In this document: one piece after another, positions 22,301 to 35,452 of the stretch
Numbering within the stretch: position 1 is the first letter of the stretch
Layout of the letters: each line of letters starts with the position of its first letter
Assembly: GCA_002633005.1 (NCBI GenBank)
Contig: NMRA01000281.1
Location: forward strand, 265,123 to 329,122
DNA: 64,000 nucleotides
Direction: 5' to 3'
DNA from: Phoronis australis
Lineage: Eukaryota > Animalia > Phoronida
Notes under the pieces: model-generated
Database searches by the model: none
Told to the model about the DNA's origin: nothing
The model's input: the letters and a program-made list of their open reading frames with translations, nothing else
Program-made: the position numbers and the translations under genes

Positions 22301-25300
22301 GAGAAAACAGGAACGATGTAGAAGATGAAATTACTTTTGACAATTCGAGACACATTTTTACACAAACGACAGATTTCAACATATTTTCATTTAGGTTGAA
22401 TAATGTCTTTCAACTAAAAGAAGGGTTTGATAATTTGCTTCTTTCGTAAACACGGTCAACAAAAATCTTATTTTTACAACTTAAGACGTCAAAATTAGTG
22501 AGACTTTCGTCTGTTTTCGTTTATACAGAACAATATTGCCGATTTAGCGCCCTCCCGTTTCATGATGGCGATGGACGATATCAAGCCATTAGCTATCACG
22601 ATCGCGGTTAACTCAAGGCTTTCAGACTCAGGAAAGTGAATCAGGAGAGTCGGATTGCAGAAAATGATCTTTATCAAATTATTGCCGCTTGCAGCACGTT
22701 GTAATGGATTTCCTTTACGAAGAGCAGTTCACACCTCGAAGCAAGTGACGATATCCCGATATCTTCACTCAGAAATTTTACATCTGCCCTGTGTCAAATG
22801 CGGTCTGCAATTAATGCTTGCTTTAATCTGCTAGTTATTTTGGGGCTGTTTTTAGTCATTTGAGTCCCAGCTGCATTTTGTCAGATCGTGTGGCAATCGT
22901 CAAAACTCTAAACGGAAGCTACTCACATTTGCACCAAGTTCTCCGATCATTGCGTCTGTTTTTTCATTAGCCTGTCAGAAAACAGCAAGTTTAGGTAAGG
23001 TGATGTGAAAACAGACTTTGCGCACAATGTCATAGAAAGTTTGTATTAGACGATATGTATGCTTTGGTATTGTATGTAGGAAGACACGAAAGTTTGACTA
23101 GTATCAATGTTAACGACGTTGGACACAACGAGATTTTTATACAAAAAGAATATATTCTACTATGAAACGCAATAATACAAATAAAACAGCAATTCTTGTC
23201 TTACAGTACAGCAGGAGAGGTTTCTTATCAACAGAACACGAGATTTTTGATGAAAATAGTAATCATATCAGACAAGATAAGTGTTCATACCATGTTCTAG
23301 TATTATTTACAGAATATAAACAAGACATTCAAATACGCAGATCTCAACACAATGCGTGGTTAGACGATGGACGGATTACTGAAGGGTGAATTCCAAGTAC
23401 ATATGTACGCGTTATTGCACATTAATCATGAGTATAATGTTTCCTGAACTCATTTTTCCGGCCCATAAGAAAAAAAGTATTTACAACCAGGACGTGTTTC
23501 ATAGTTCGATAGAATATGGCGCCGTTAACACCATTAACACGTTTTTACACCATTTTCCAAGAAACCACCAATTGAACGATGAGTTCATTCTATCGTAATT
23601 GATGACGCGCTGTTTTTCACCGCTGTATCTCTCAAATCTCTCAACAACAAATTAACTTCATCCTTTACAAGGTGTCAACCATTAACATGGCTGCCGAATT
23701 GAGCTCTGCACGGGAGACAACTCCCTCGACGCAGAACTGCGGAGCTGATCTTTGGCCGGCTTGTTTGCTTTCAGACCAACGACACCACCGCTGGAACCTT
23801 CCAATCTCAGTGGCACTTTAGATGATCTTGCTCATATTGCGCCGCATTTTTCATAGTAATTTAAATGATGTAACTGGTTCATTCCACCTACTCCGCTAGG
23901 TGGCGCAAAATACATTGGTTTTCTGTCTGTCATGGTGTTCGCAATTCCTTGACTGCATGATGGCGGTGGTACGCATGGTAAACGCATTCCTGCAAAGAGG
24001 TAACACAAGATTATATAAACGAGAGACGGACGTGCCAGCGCTTAGCAGTAATTACGCCACGTTCGTTCACGAAACCTTAAAATTGAGATTAAAAAATCAA
24101 GACATCAGTTTTTTGATGCATAAAGAGAAAAACTAAGGGCAGATAAATTAAACACGATTTGACATCCAATGATATCTAACCTATTTCAGACAAAAATTAA
24201 TGATCCATATACCAGTAGAGGAGTTGCCAGAGTCTTTTAAAATGTTTGTTGGAACCAAGAAAGGAGAAGGATAACTAGGTCATAGGTCAACTTCGATCAT
24301 ACACTTTACTTTGCAACCATATTGCTTGCTCCCAGGAAGGGGAAAGCAGTCGGTAACGTTAACATGTTTTTGGCGCGCTAACTCGAAGTTAAATCGATGT
24401 GAGGTTCACTTTTTGTCACACAGCTTTCCACAAACTTAGCGAAGAATAATTTTGTGTATAAAAATGAAGCAACCCAAGATATGGCGAAAAGGAAGGACTT
24501 TCTCCAAGTAAGCCTTGATTGCCCGGGGTGTCAATGTCTCTAATATACCACGGAAATAAAACGGATTATGTCTTCATTATTTGCTTTCCATAATTCTGTT
24601 TAATCTAGACCACGTGCTTCCCAGCGTGTGTTCGTGCGAGAATGCGAGTCGTGTTTACTACGGTTTGCACTTTGGACTCTCGGTAAATTGTAAAATTATT
24701 GCCTGGAAGATTGTGTGAACATTGGTAAACAGCTTTGGTTAAAGTTTCTATAAACTCCCCTTCTGTCCAAAAATATTTTTTGGTAGGCCATGTACTGTTA
24801 TTGAGCCTTCCTTAACTTGTTCCTTGCTCAGATTAGGAAGTGGTTGCCAGGCTTGTTAACGACTGACATTTCGTTTCTTTAGCGCATGAAATAACCAGCC
24901 GGGTCAAATCGACCGGTCCCAAGCAACAACGTTCTTCCTAAACGTAGAACTCACTTCATTTTTAAGTAAGGAACATGTTAAGACGAGCGTTATAACAAAA
25001 ACATGACCTAAGTCAAAATATATTTTTGACAGGAGATGGACTTATGACTGCTTTTAGTGTTTTTAAAGATCCATGCTGACACAAATTATGTGAAAGCGCG
25101 TAAAATATTTGTTGTCGGTCAAAATATCTAAGTATTTAGTTCAAGGCAATAATTTCAGTAACACATGATTTGCATTTCAGTACGCTATAGGGTGGAAGGA
25201 ATTTATTTACTTTTACTTCTCCATTAGATAGATTAAAACACATATGTGTGAATCCGAGACCATTACAAAATGAACGTCTTAAAGAATTAAAACACCATTT

Positions 25301-28300
25301 TCGTTTGCCAGTATTTCAATGAACGTACGGCCTTACTTACCTTTTTGACACAACACTTTAACAATTCCATATATTTTAATCTACATTCATTCATTGATTA
25401 AGTAATGAATTAATAAGAGAATTAATAAATTTCCTGACCAGGTCAATAATCATTGAGTTTAAGGTTATTTAGAGTCATGTGACCAATCTGCATAATTATC
25501 CAACCACATACAGAACTATACTACATTTTAACTCAGTCACGGCAAACGTGCACATTTTTGGAAAGTAGAAAGCTTGTAGAATTTGATTGTTGACTTTTTA
25601 CTAATCTGCCATCCATTAGGTCACGTGACAAAGTCTTTTAGTAAAGTTTACCAAAAAGGAAACGTACATTGAGAGCAAAACAATGGTACGAATAATACGA
25701 TCATGATCAGATGAACTCTCAAAAACGCTGTTTCAGTTTTCTAATTTTTTTAACAACTTTGGTATTTTTTCTTGAAAATAATAAGTCATATTTTGATTGC
25801 ACCTAGTGCAAAAGGCTGTGGAATACTATAAAACTATTGCTAACAGCGCTTTGGAGAGGAACAGTGCATAAAGCATAGTATCTGAAAGTTTCACATCCGG
25901 TTGGCCATTGAGCAAATTTGGGCATGTTTCTAGGGCTCTATATAATCATACAAAATTATTGTTCTAAAGAAAATGCGAAGTAACAAGCACAGTTAATGAT
26001 GTCGTTTCAGAACAACAAAAAAATCGCTCAATATATTGTGGACATTATTTTTAAGCACTATCAAAACTCGAAAATCGGTATGTTGTGTTCCAGAAAACAA
26101 ATCTGTTACGACTGGTCATAGAGCTAGCAGAAGATTTGGCTTCTCAGAGCCGCTATCTGTAGACCAAGGTTCTTGCGAAAACAGCGAGATCACGCAAGTC
26201 TTCATCAGATATCGCCATGCATTACCACCAAGCGCGTGATCGCAATAGCTATTCTCGCTAATATCGTAGGCCTGCATGATGCAACCCAGATCGCTTGAAA
26301 GGTTGTAGGGACTTGGATGGCTTCGAACTTGTTTTTTTATGGAAATAATGGGCTGGCATTTAAGTTCATCACTCCCGTAACTATCGTTGACAACAGCGCC
26401 AATTTACCGCGGCGATGGGGGTGTTTGTCTAATTTTTTGCTATCTGAGTCAAGTAGCGTAAGTAATGAAACAATATCAGATTTGTTTTCTTAACTTGGCA
26501 TGCAGAATAAGAGGGACATATCCCAAACAACCATAGTTCATGACAAACGGATCTTCACGTGAGCCACATGGTCGGGTATGTCTACTGAATTAATCCACGA
26601 ACAAAGAGTCAGTCGGTATTTAACTGATAATATATTTCAAAGTATTTAAACGCAAATCTATCCTGTATTTGACAATCTTAAATTATTCGTTTCTTTGTTT
26701 TGGCACCATGACTGAAAAACACTAGTTTTGATACAGATACGTAGATTTAGATATCTGACGTTTTGATTTCTTTTGCTCTATACATTGTATGTAATAAATG
26801 AATAATTGTTCTGCATTCAAGACAAAAATGTCCTTGAGTCAAATGAAATGCACAGAATGAAAAACTAAATTCATTTTCTTCTTAATTTTCAATACCTTTA
26901 TTCTCGATTCCATACCATAAGTTTTCTAGTGACGTATAAATGATGCAAAACGGGAGGCATTTATTGTGTATACAAGTTGAGTGATTTCCTTAAACATTTA
27001 AGGAAATAAAATAAATAACGAGATAACCACTTACTATTTTCATTTGTTTATTTTTTCATGTCTGTTTTTTGACAATAAAATCTAAAACAACTTCGTTTTA
27101 TTAGGTACGCACTGGATACCTCACAGATCGCAAGCGCGTTGAAAAATTTGTGCACTGAAAATGTTATAATACATACTTACAAGACAAAAATATTTAATAT
27201 TCAGAAGAAATTTCAAAGTTTCCTCGTTTCGTTTTAATTTCAATAGAATTTTTTGTTGTAGTTGTGCTTTTTGCCAACGTGAGTTCCATAGCGATCAATA
27301 AATAATGAAAGAATAACAATGCCGCGATTTTCTAGGCCGACTGATTCATTTGGCGTGAACTTCCTTTTAGAAGCTTGAATGAACTATCGACATTAAGCCT
27401 TTATTCAGCGCTATTTTGGAGGGTCGAAAATGTTCAAAGATAAAATAAGAATGAAGTTGTTTACTAAGCCAAAACTAAACATGTGAGTTCTATTCCGACC
27501 GAAATACAACTGTAGAAAACTTGGTTTTAACTTGCCTTATTTCACGGCTCTTTCCTGACCGTCGCAAAATTGAAACATCATTTGACACGCGCCATTGAGT
27601 GAAACGAGATGTACCAAGGAAATAGTCACATTACCTAAACAGCGCTATATTTGCCTTCAAGAATGTGTTTTGGTTTAACGTTTTCACTGCAGAGGCTCGC
27701 ACGAAATTGACGCAGAAGACGCGATTCCGGATGGCGCGACTTTTCAGAACAGATGTTGATTTCTTGAAAAGAATTTCAACAATTTCACTGTCACCAGAAG
27801 CATTGCGACGGATTGCGATGTAATGGCGAGATAAAACCAAAGTCAACGTATAACGTAGACTTTTCAACGGGCCACCCATCGCAATCCGCACCACATTACA
27901 TAACGCTAATGGACGGTTAAAACAACGGAGGTGCACTTTACTAATTAACGCTCGATTGAATGCTGTCGAGGAGTGTTTAAATGCCACCCATGTAAAACTG
28001 TGTGAGAGTACAGAAAGATCCGACACAGCCTCAGTAACTTTCCCCTGTGATTCAGTAATGTTCACTTAACCAGTTTGCAACTTTGCATGGAAGATGGCCT
28101 ATTTTCAAATATTACTTAAGGTTAACTAGAAAATTTTAATTGCTGAATAAAATATGTCTAGACTTAGAAATGTTTGACGTAGGTAAGATTTCACAAACAT
28201 ATGTTCTTTGTGAGCTTCGAAAAGAACTCGTTGAACTTGAAATCCGTGCCAAAGGTTCCTGCGATTTTCTTTCAAAATCCGCATCACCTGGGCAAAATCT

Positions 28301-28996
28301 CCGGCTCAGAGCACACAGCCAATTCACAGTGTAGTCTTCGGCTTTCAGGAACTTTCAGACCTACTGATGCCTTCCTCCTCAACAGAAGTAGCAACAAAGA
28401 TGGGATTTCGAATTATGGTGTAGATTTCTAACGAATGAGACATCGGCAACTTTCGGTGACAGCTAGGTAGTCAAAACAACAACACAATATCTGTGACACG
28501 AAGAGTTGATCTCAACTAAGCGAAACTCAAGTTCCGTCTAATATATTGTGTTTTAATTGAAGGCCAAGATCCGAAAGCATCAGTTGCATTTTGTTTTAAT
28601 CGTGAAAAACTAGTAGCGAAGCGCTTAAAAGTACGCTCGATTTCCAGACAGTAATTATTTGAAACATGAACAGTTTATTTCGATGACTGGTCATAACGTA
28701 CGAGCTTATCATAGGAAAATTTGAAACAATTCAATTCAGATAATTTTTTTTTGAGTTACCCATTTGTAACTGATTTCAGGCAGCCCCACTTCTTTAACCT
28801 TGTTAAAGGTTAGCAATAGAAGGATTCTGGGAGAATTTTTAAACTGCTGATGACTCAGCACTTTTAATCACGACTTTTCTGATTTCACTGGAGAGCGTTT
28901 TTACTCGCAAAATCACACGAGTGAAAGGCGAGTGTTTCGCGAGTATGTTTGATAGCTTACTAGGCTTTCTTAGCAAAATGGCGACCATTGAAGTGG

Positions 28997-29064
28997 TTGG
29001 TCGGTGAGGTTGGAGTGTTGAATTGTGGGATTGGTAGGCGAGGTCGGAGTGTTGAATTGTGGGA
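28997..29064. repeat. 34-bp tandem duplication (2 copies)
   Basis: ttggt(c/a)gg(t/c)gaggt(t/c)ggagtgttgaattgtggga x2. Confidence 0.85.
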
Positions 29065-30086
29065 TGGAATTCAATGTTTCCGTTTCATACAACCAAAGTG
29101 AAATTTTTTCACCGCAAGTGCAAGCTGAACGCAGCCCAGGTTGCATTCAAAATCCTTGCATTTCTTCAAAAACATAGCGCGCATCCCTGTTGGGAAGGAG
29201 AGACACGTGCTATTGTACGTGACGAACGTTATTATACTCCTTACAACTAAAGCAATTAAAATTTTAGATAAAATCAAGAGATGGAATCCCTCAAGCTACC
29301 AAGAGCCCTGGTGTCTAAATAGCTAGCAAATACTTGGACTATGAGTAATTCGATTTAAATTAAGATCCCTTCATCCCGCACCGTGTCAAGCGGAGAGGAT
29401 TATCCGCACAGCGTTTAAAATTTCATCCTATTATTTTGCATCCAGTCAAGAAACGAGTTTGGTTTCTCGGCTTCACGACATTCGGCAAGAACTCTGGCCA
29501 TTCGTAAGTCATTACGACAGGTTGTCATCAAACGTCGAACATCTTTGCATGGCTCGCAGACAACCAGGCGCCAAAGTCGTTGGGGCGCTGACAACAGATT
29601 TTTGGACTAATAAAATGCCTTCGACATAATGGCACAATTAGCAAGAACCGAAAATAAATTCTGCGATTGTTTCAATAAAATATGTGAAATAAATTACTAC
29701 GCTTATCGCTATAATGAGTTTAACAGACGCGGCGTGTGACTACCGAACGAGTCGTTTCACGGTTTAGTTATCGGTGAAATTGACTGTGAATTTTGCGGGA
29801 TGTTTTTTCATGAAACTATTCACTCGCTGTATTGTTATCATTAAGACTCAGTTCGCCACCCTCCAGGTGGGTTTATAGTCATTCAAGGCGTCGGAATGGT
29901 AACTGCATTAAGGCATTCCTGCGTTCTGTCTTCTGTTTTCTTTATAAAATTACCATAAAAATAATAGACACTAAAAGTCTAGTACAATTCATTAGTACAC
30001 GGCAAAGATGGTTCCTGTTTAACTTTCAATGCCTTAAATTTACTCATTTTGCTTTTTGTTTGCGTTTTTATTTTGAATTTGTTTGA

Positions 30087-30217
30087 TCAAAAACGGAACA
30101 TTGGAAACTGCACAGAAAACGAGCTATTTCGGCAATTTGGTGATGGTGTTTGGTGATGGTATATAGAAAGAGGCGGTAAAACGTTGCAGTTTGTGACGTT
30201 AACTGGCTCGATTACCT
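30087..30217 (-). CDS. FoxF: Candidate FoxF terminal exon 2
   Basis: Acceptor ctctgacag| in phase 1 fits the exon-1 donor. It gives EVIEPVNVTNCNVLPPLSIYHHQTPSPNCRNSSFSVQFPMFRF*, with weak resemblance to vertebrate FOXF1 exon 2 ([21 protein letters not shown]). AATAAA just downstream (30072-30067). Unproven. Confidence 0.3.
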
Positions 30218-33200
30218 CTGTCAGAGCGTTGGATTGAAGATGATAGTGCAGTGAAATCAAAGTAAACACAGTCATCTAGATTTAATGACATGATAAATGA
30301 GATATCAACACCCTGATTGGGTTTGTGATTTCAGAATCGACTGCCTTAATTAGTGTTTATTTATTTTGGCGAAAACGTCAAAATGGAACCGTGTTTAAGT
30401 CACAACTCTCCGACTAGTTGAAATCCTATTCTAATTACGGAACTTTTAAGGCTAGCCTGTTATCCACCGCCTACGGGGTGAGAGGGTGTTTTCAGTGAAG
30501 AGAATAATAAAAACAAAACTTGCGCATGAACATATTGTTAATCAGAGCTTATACATATAAAAATGTTAGAAAACGAGACAGGTTCATTTTTACAAGAAAA
30601 CGTGCAGTTAAGCCATTGCATGAAGTTGCGAAGAAGGAATTCATTTTCACTTATCTGAACCATCAAATATGAAATCTTAAAGATAGACAACCATGTACAG
30701 AGAACTGCAATGAGACAGAATCGCATTGCCGGCGACGGAGGACGTTTGGCAAAAGTTGTCAACAAGCCACGGTTTATTAAGTGCATTTCCATTGTCCTCA
30801 AACCAAAAAATTCAATGTTAATCGTCTTAAAATTGGTGTTTTATTGACACAGTGAGGATGAAAAATCGGACAAAAACGTTGACAAATGATCGCGTTGACG
30901 CCAAAAGCGCTGAAGATTACTTGCTCTCCATGTCGCCCCGTTGGTCACAAGACGAGTCAAATTAAATACAAAATGAAAACACTGCTTTCTTTTTCAACTT
31001 GGCTGACAGATTTTCTACGTGTAGTTAACATTACCGACTTCACAAGATTATAATACTAGAGGAGATTATTTCATTACAGACCAAGAGATTGTCTTCGATC
31101 AGAGTTGTAATTTCAAAATGAAATTGACAAGTGAAAATGACATTACACGAGCCAACGGCAGGAGTTCGGCCTAACAGTTATTTATGTAAACATTCGCAGG
31201 ACTCGGTTTAGATATACATTTCAGAACTATAGACAGTTTACAATTTCTAACTGTTAAAATAAATTATCACGTTGGAAGCTAGTAAACTAGTAAGAGATCT
31301 TTATTTACTACAACGGCTATCACAGTTTACTACATAGGAATACACAATTTTGTATTAATTATGTCGTGAGAATGTTTGTTATAAATTGTTTATTAACATT
31401 TATTCTGGTTGTCGGATAAGCGCGCTTTAATAATATTTATTTCAGTGTATTTACTACTGAGCATAACAGTTTATACCTCTGTGTTTACTATGCGCAGAAA
31501 CCAAAATAATTTCTGTAACATTGAATTAAAGATCAACAGAGTGCAGTAAAAACGACACATTTCGCCCCAATTAATCTCAGTGTTCTCGTCAGGATTAAAG
31601 TAGCGATGGGAACGACGGAACTCTGACAATCGCGACGTTCACCTAAGTCCCGAAGAGGAGACCACAGTGTTCTGTACTTTGGTTTATTATTGTGAATAAT
31701 CAGGTCATAGTTAGGTGATGATTTTCATAGAAATGGTAAGATTGTGACGGCAGCAATGACTGGACAGAAGAATGGTACATTAGTGACTCAACATGTTACG
31801 GATTGAGGCCACTTGCATGCATTGTATACATGTAGTCACAGTTGACATGACAGTCAATAAAAAATTGAGTATGGTGGCTAAATATGCGAGTGTGATGGTC
31901 AAATTTGAACATGGAGGTACAACATTTTTGTGTGGTGGGTCATCGCTTAAACGTCTGATGAGAACGCTGAATCTTCGGTAAATTAGTAATTTCGATTTTT
32001 GCAAGAAACTTAAGTTAGGTTACTGAATAAAAATGAAAGCGCGCATTCCTACGTTTCTTTGCAATGCACAAAATAAAATGTTCCCGGGATTATCATCAAC
32101 AGCATTTGGACCCCTTCGCTAGACATGTGCGAGAAACTCCCGAAGGTGTTTCCTTCAAAATAACAATTCTCAAAATCCCGATGTATATTCAGAACGCAAT
32201 TTTAGCAATACACCAACTTGGTTTGTTTCGGTAGCCCATCAACAATGCGTAAACATGGTTAAGAGTCTCAGAATTGTTACAAAAACACATGTACAACACG
32301 CGACCAACTATTTATTTGTCTAAGTGCTCACTCTAGTTGTGGTGAAGGCTTTATCGAAGTGCGAACAATTGGCGATCTGCTGTAATTAGCCTAATGAACA
32401 ATAGAGATAACACGCCCTGTGTTGGAAATTAGAAAACTTGGGTTCCAAAGTCGGTTGTTTCTGCTAAACGATGCGTATTCAAACAAATACCCACAACTAC
32501 TTCACAAAGGACATGGGTGTAAGAGCCCGGTTATTGTTGCGCCAGGAGACTGCCTAAAGAAAGATGGGCCTGGCGTGGATTTAGAACAATGCAATGTTTG
32601 TAGAACTTAGTACGAAATGACAAGAATGTATTTTACGGTGTCCCTGAGATCATCACCGGTGACAATAATGAAACACAATAAATAAGTTCATTGCGTGTAT
32701 TATGAGTGTATTCCTACTCAACAAGAACATTAGAACTAAGAATAAACGTTGCATCGTTCCCTTGAAACAACTTTTGCAGATTATACAATCCTAAAATGTT
32801 TAGTTTTGCCATAACAGTGGTCTACACTGCTGTTTTCGTCAATAGATCACACTGTTTGGAGTTTAATCACTAAAACGTGAAGATCGTACCGTCTATGAAA
32901 ACTAAGACAACAATTGAACAATAACAATTCATATTTTTGAAAAAATTAATAGAAAATATTATTCTAATAGTAAATTAACATTTTCCTTGTATAAACAATG
33001 AAGTCTGTCATTGGATTTCATTTTAGGTATTAGAAATAATTTCTGTAAATTTTATTGCAGGAGTAGTCGTTTCAGAAAGCTTTTTTACTGTTTTACTTTT
33101 CGTAGAACGTTGGTTGAGTTTTCTTCCAACCTTGATTTTAGATCAATAAATTTATTTAATATTGACTCGCCCAAGACAAAAATTGTTAACCAACATCTTT

Positions 33201-34528
33201 TTAGTTGTTTTTAAGCTATTGCTTCTACGCATTCTTTCCCCGCTGATACGCTGTTAGAATTTGCATAGATTTATGTTCATAATTGCATTTTTCACTCTTT
33301 TTTAGAATATTAAAATCATTCATTAAGTAGAATAATTTATAGACGAAGCGTGAAGAACACTAATTGAGTGTATGTTCCTCAAAACAAAAAACATATTACG
33401 CGGCAAAAAACAATGTTTACAGGCGTATTAATCAACTGTTTCTTTTGAAATTGGACATGTTTTGAGTTTTCATAGCGATAGCTCAAGTCAGTCACTGTTG
33501 TTATTTTTCCCAGTTTTGATTGTCAAATTTTGTCACTATCTGATGGCTCGGCGATCCCATCTAGTTAGGTCAGAAGATTATCACAGCAGGTCACAGACAG
33601 AAATCTCACCATACCAGCTGACAACGCTCAAATAGTTGAAAATATTCCGAACAATCGAGGACGGAGCCGGCAGATAGTGGAGACAGAATGTTTTCCTCTG
33701 TTGGAATGTTTCCTCAGAGACTGTCACTATTCGCAGCAAAGATATAACACCAAACCAAAGTTAAATTACTTTTTGACAGAGGCAATCAATTAGAACTGAT
33801 TAGCCGTTCGCTTTAATTTCTCACCAACTGACATTGTGCGCGCGGCTGATGGTTTCAAGCACGAAACAAGTGGCAAATATTATAATTATATGCTTTTAAC
33901 TTTGTGTTCAGCTTGAAATATGCATTGCCAAATTTGCTTGGAAGTGATTGTTTTTTTACAAATGCTTATTTACTGACTTTTGTGTATATATATATGAATA
34001 TATAAATGATTTTTGTAGAACTGTCTTATTTCGTTATATTTGTGATAAATAGTAAAAATGTGATCGAAGGCCAAAGAATGGAGAAACACAGTCTTTGTGG
34101 TGAGCCCTGAATTTGAGAACCAGGCAATCACTGAATAACGCCTGGTATTCAGCGCGTGAAACTGTTTCCTAAATCAGGGACCTCTAATGGAGACTATTGA
34201 CTCTGTTGTCTACTATCACTTTAACCGCATTGCAAGAACAATTAGTTGACTCATTCCTTCTTATTCGGGATCAACGGCGAAGATGCGACCAATTAAAATA
34301 ATATTACCGTTTCTCAGTAAAAATCGAGAACGGGGAAGATGTCAAAATGTCTACAATAACTAGGAACCACCTGCATTCACATAGTTATGACAATTAAAAA
34401 CAGATGCGACAAGGCTCTGGATGACAGGCCGAGGAAAAGCGCTTCATTTATCCAACCATCCGATAGCTTATACTGGTTCTGGTATAAGTCATTACAGCCC
34501 CGAAAATTTCAATTTCATCATCTGAATT

Positions 34529-35452
34529 TCAATAATAATACTTAGACAGATAATTACCTGAGGGACCCATTGTGGCTATATCGACTGGCCCGTGGTCTCC
34601 GTTGACATTCTGGTAAGGGCTGTGAGTGTGTTCATTGCTGCTGGCTGGGGACAAACTGTGAATGGAGCCCGTGCTGCCCGTGGGGCTCAGAGGCTGCTGT
34701 TTGATGTAGCCTTGGGGCACGGCCCAGACTGGTGGTTGTTCGTACATAGCCGGTTGCATGTTATACGTGCTGTAGGTTGGGTAACCAGGTCCTGTGTTGA
34801 TGGTGCCAGGGCTGCTGTAAACGCAGCTACTTTGAGATGCTGGTCCGAGGGAGTCGTAGGCAGGTCCACACGACATGGCCCCAGGCATGGGGGCGCTCTG
34901 GGGTGGAAGAAGGTGATGTGGTATGCTGTTCAACATTCCGAATGGCTTCATCGCTTGGCATTTGCGGCGGAACCCTCGGGGGCGGCGTCTGAATGAGCCC
35001 TCTTCGAACATGAACTCGGCGGCGGGATCAATGGTCCAGTAGTGTCCTTTGCCTGGTCGACCGAGGCCTTTCGGTAGCTTAATGAAACATTCGTTTAAGG
35101 AGAGATTGTGTCGAACAGAGTTTTTCCAACCTTGATATGATCCTCGAAAGAATGGGAAGCGAGTTTGAAGAAACTGGTAAATCTCACTAAGTGTACAACG
35201 TTTGATCGGCGACGACTGTATTGCCATGACGATGAGAGCAATATAAGAGTACGGCGGTTTCTCTTGACGCCGTATGCCCACGCCAGTTTTTCGGGTGGCT
35301 TTCGGACTACAAGGCGAGCCGTCGTCAGGTGTCCCGACGGTGCTTTCAGCAGGGTCGTGCGCCTCCATCTTCATTGGCATTGTCGGTACGGCGTGTTGAG
35401 GTGCTGGTTGAGGTCCGTGTAGAGTTTGCTGGTCGATGGCCCCGTTATCCAT
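34529..35452 (-). CDS. FoxF: Forkhead box F transcription factor, main coding exon
   Basis: Forkhead domain [23 protein letters not shown]...[65 protein letters not shown] is diagnostic of FoxF, as is the YIKQQPLSP motif. First ATG at 35452 (the track's TTG start at 35566 is not AUG). A probable donor G|gtaatt ends the exon at 34558; the read-through stop is at 34529. Confidence 0.97.
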   Translation of the reverse strand: MDNGAIDQQTLHGPQPAPQHAVPTMPMKMEAHDPAESTVGTPDDGSPCSPKATRKTGVGIRRQEKPPYSYIALIVMAIQSSPIKRCTLSEIYQFLQTRFPFFRGSYQGWKNSVRHNLSLNECFIKLPKGLGRPGKGHYWTIDPAAEFMFEEGSFRRRPRGFRRKCQAMKPFGMLNSIPHHLLPPQSAPMPGAMSCGPAYDSLGPASQSSCVYSSPGTINTGPGYPTYSTYNMQPAMYEQPPVWAVPQGYIKQQPLSPTGSTGSIHSLSPASSNEHTHSPYQNVNGDHGPVDIATMGPSGNYLSKYYY

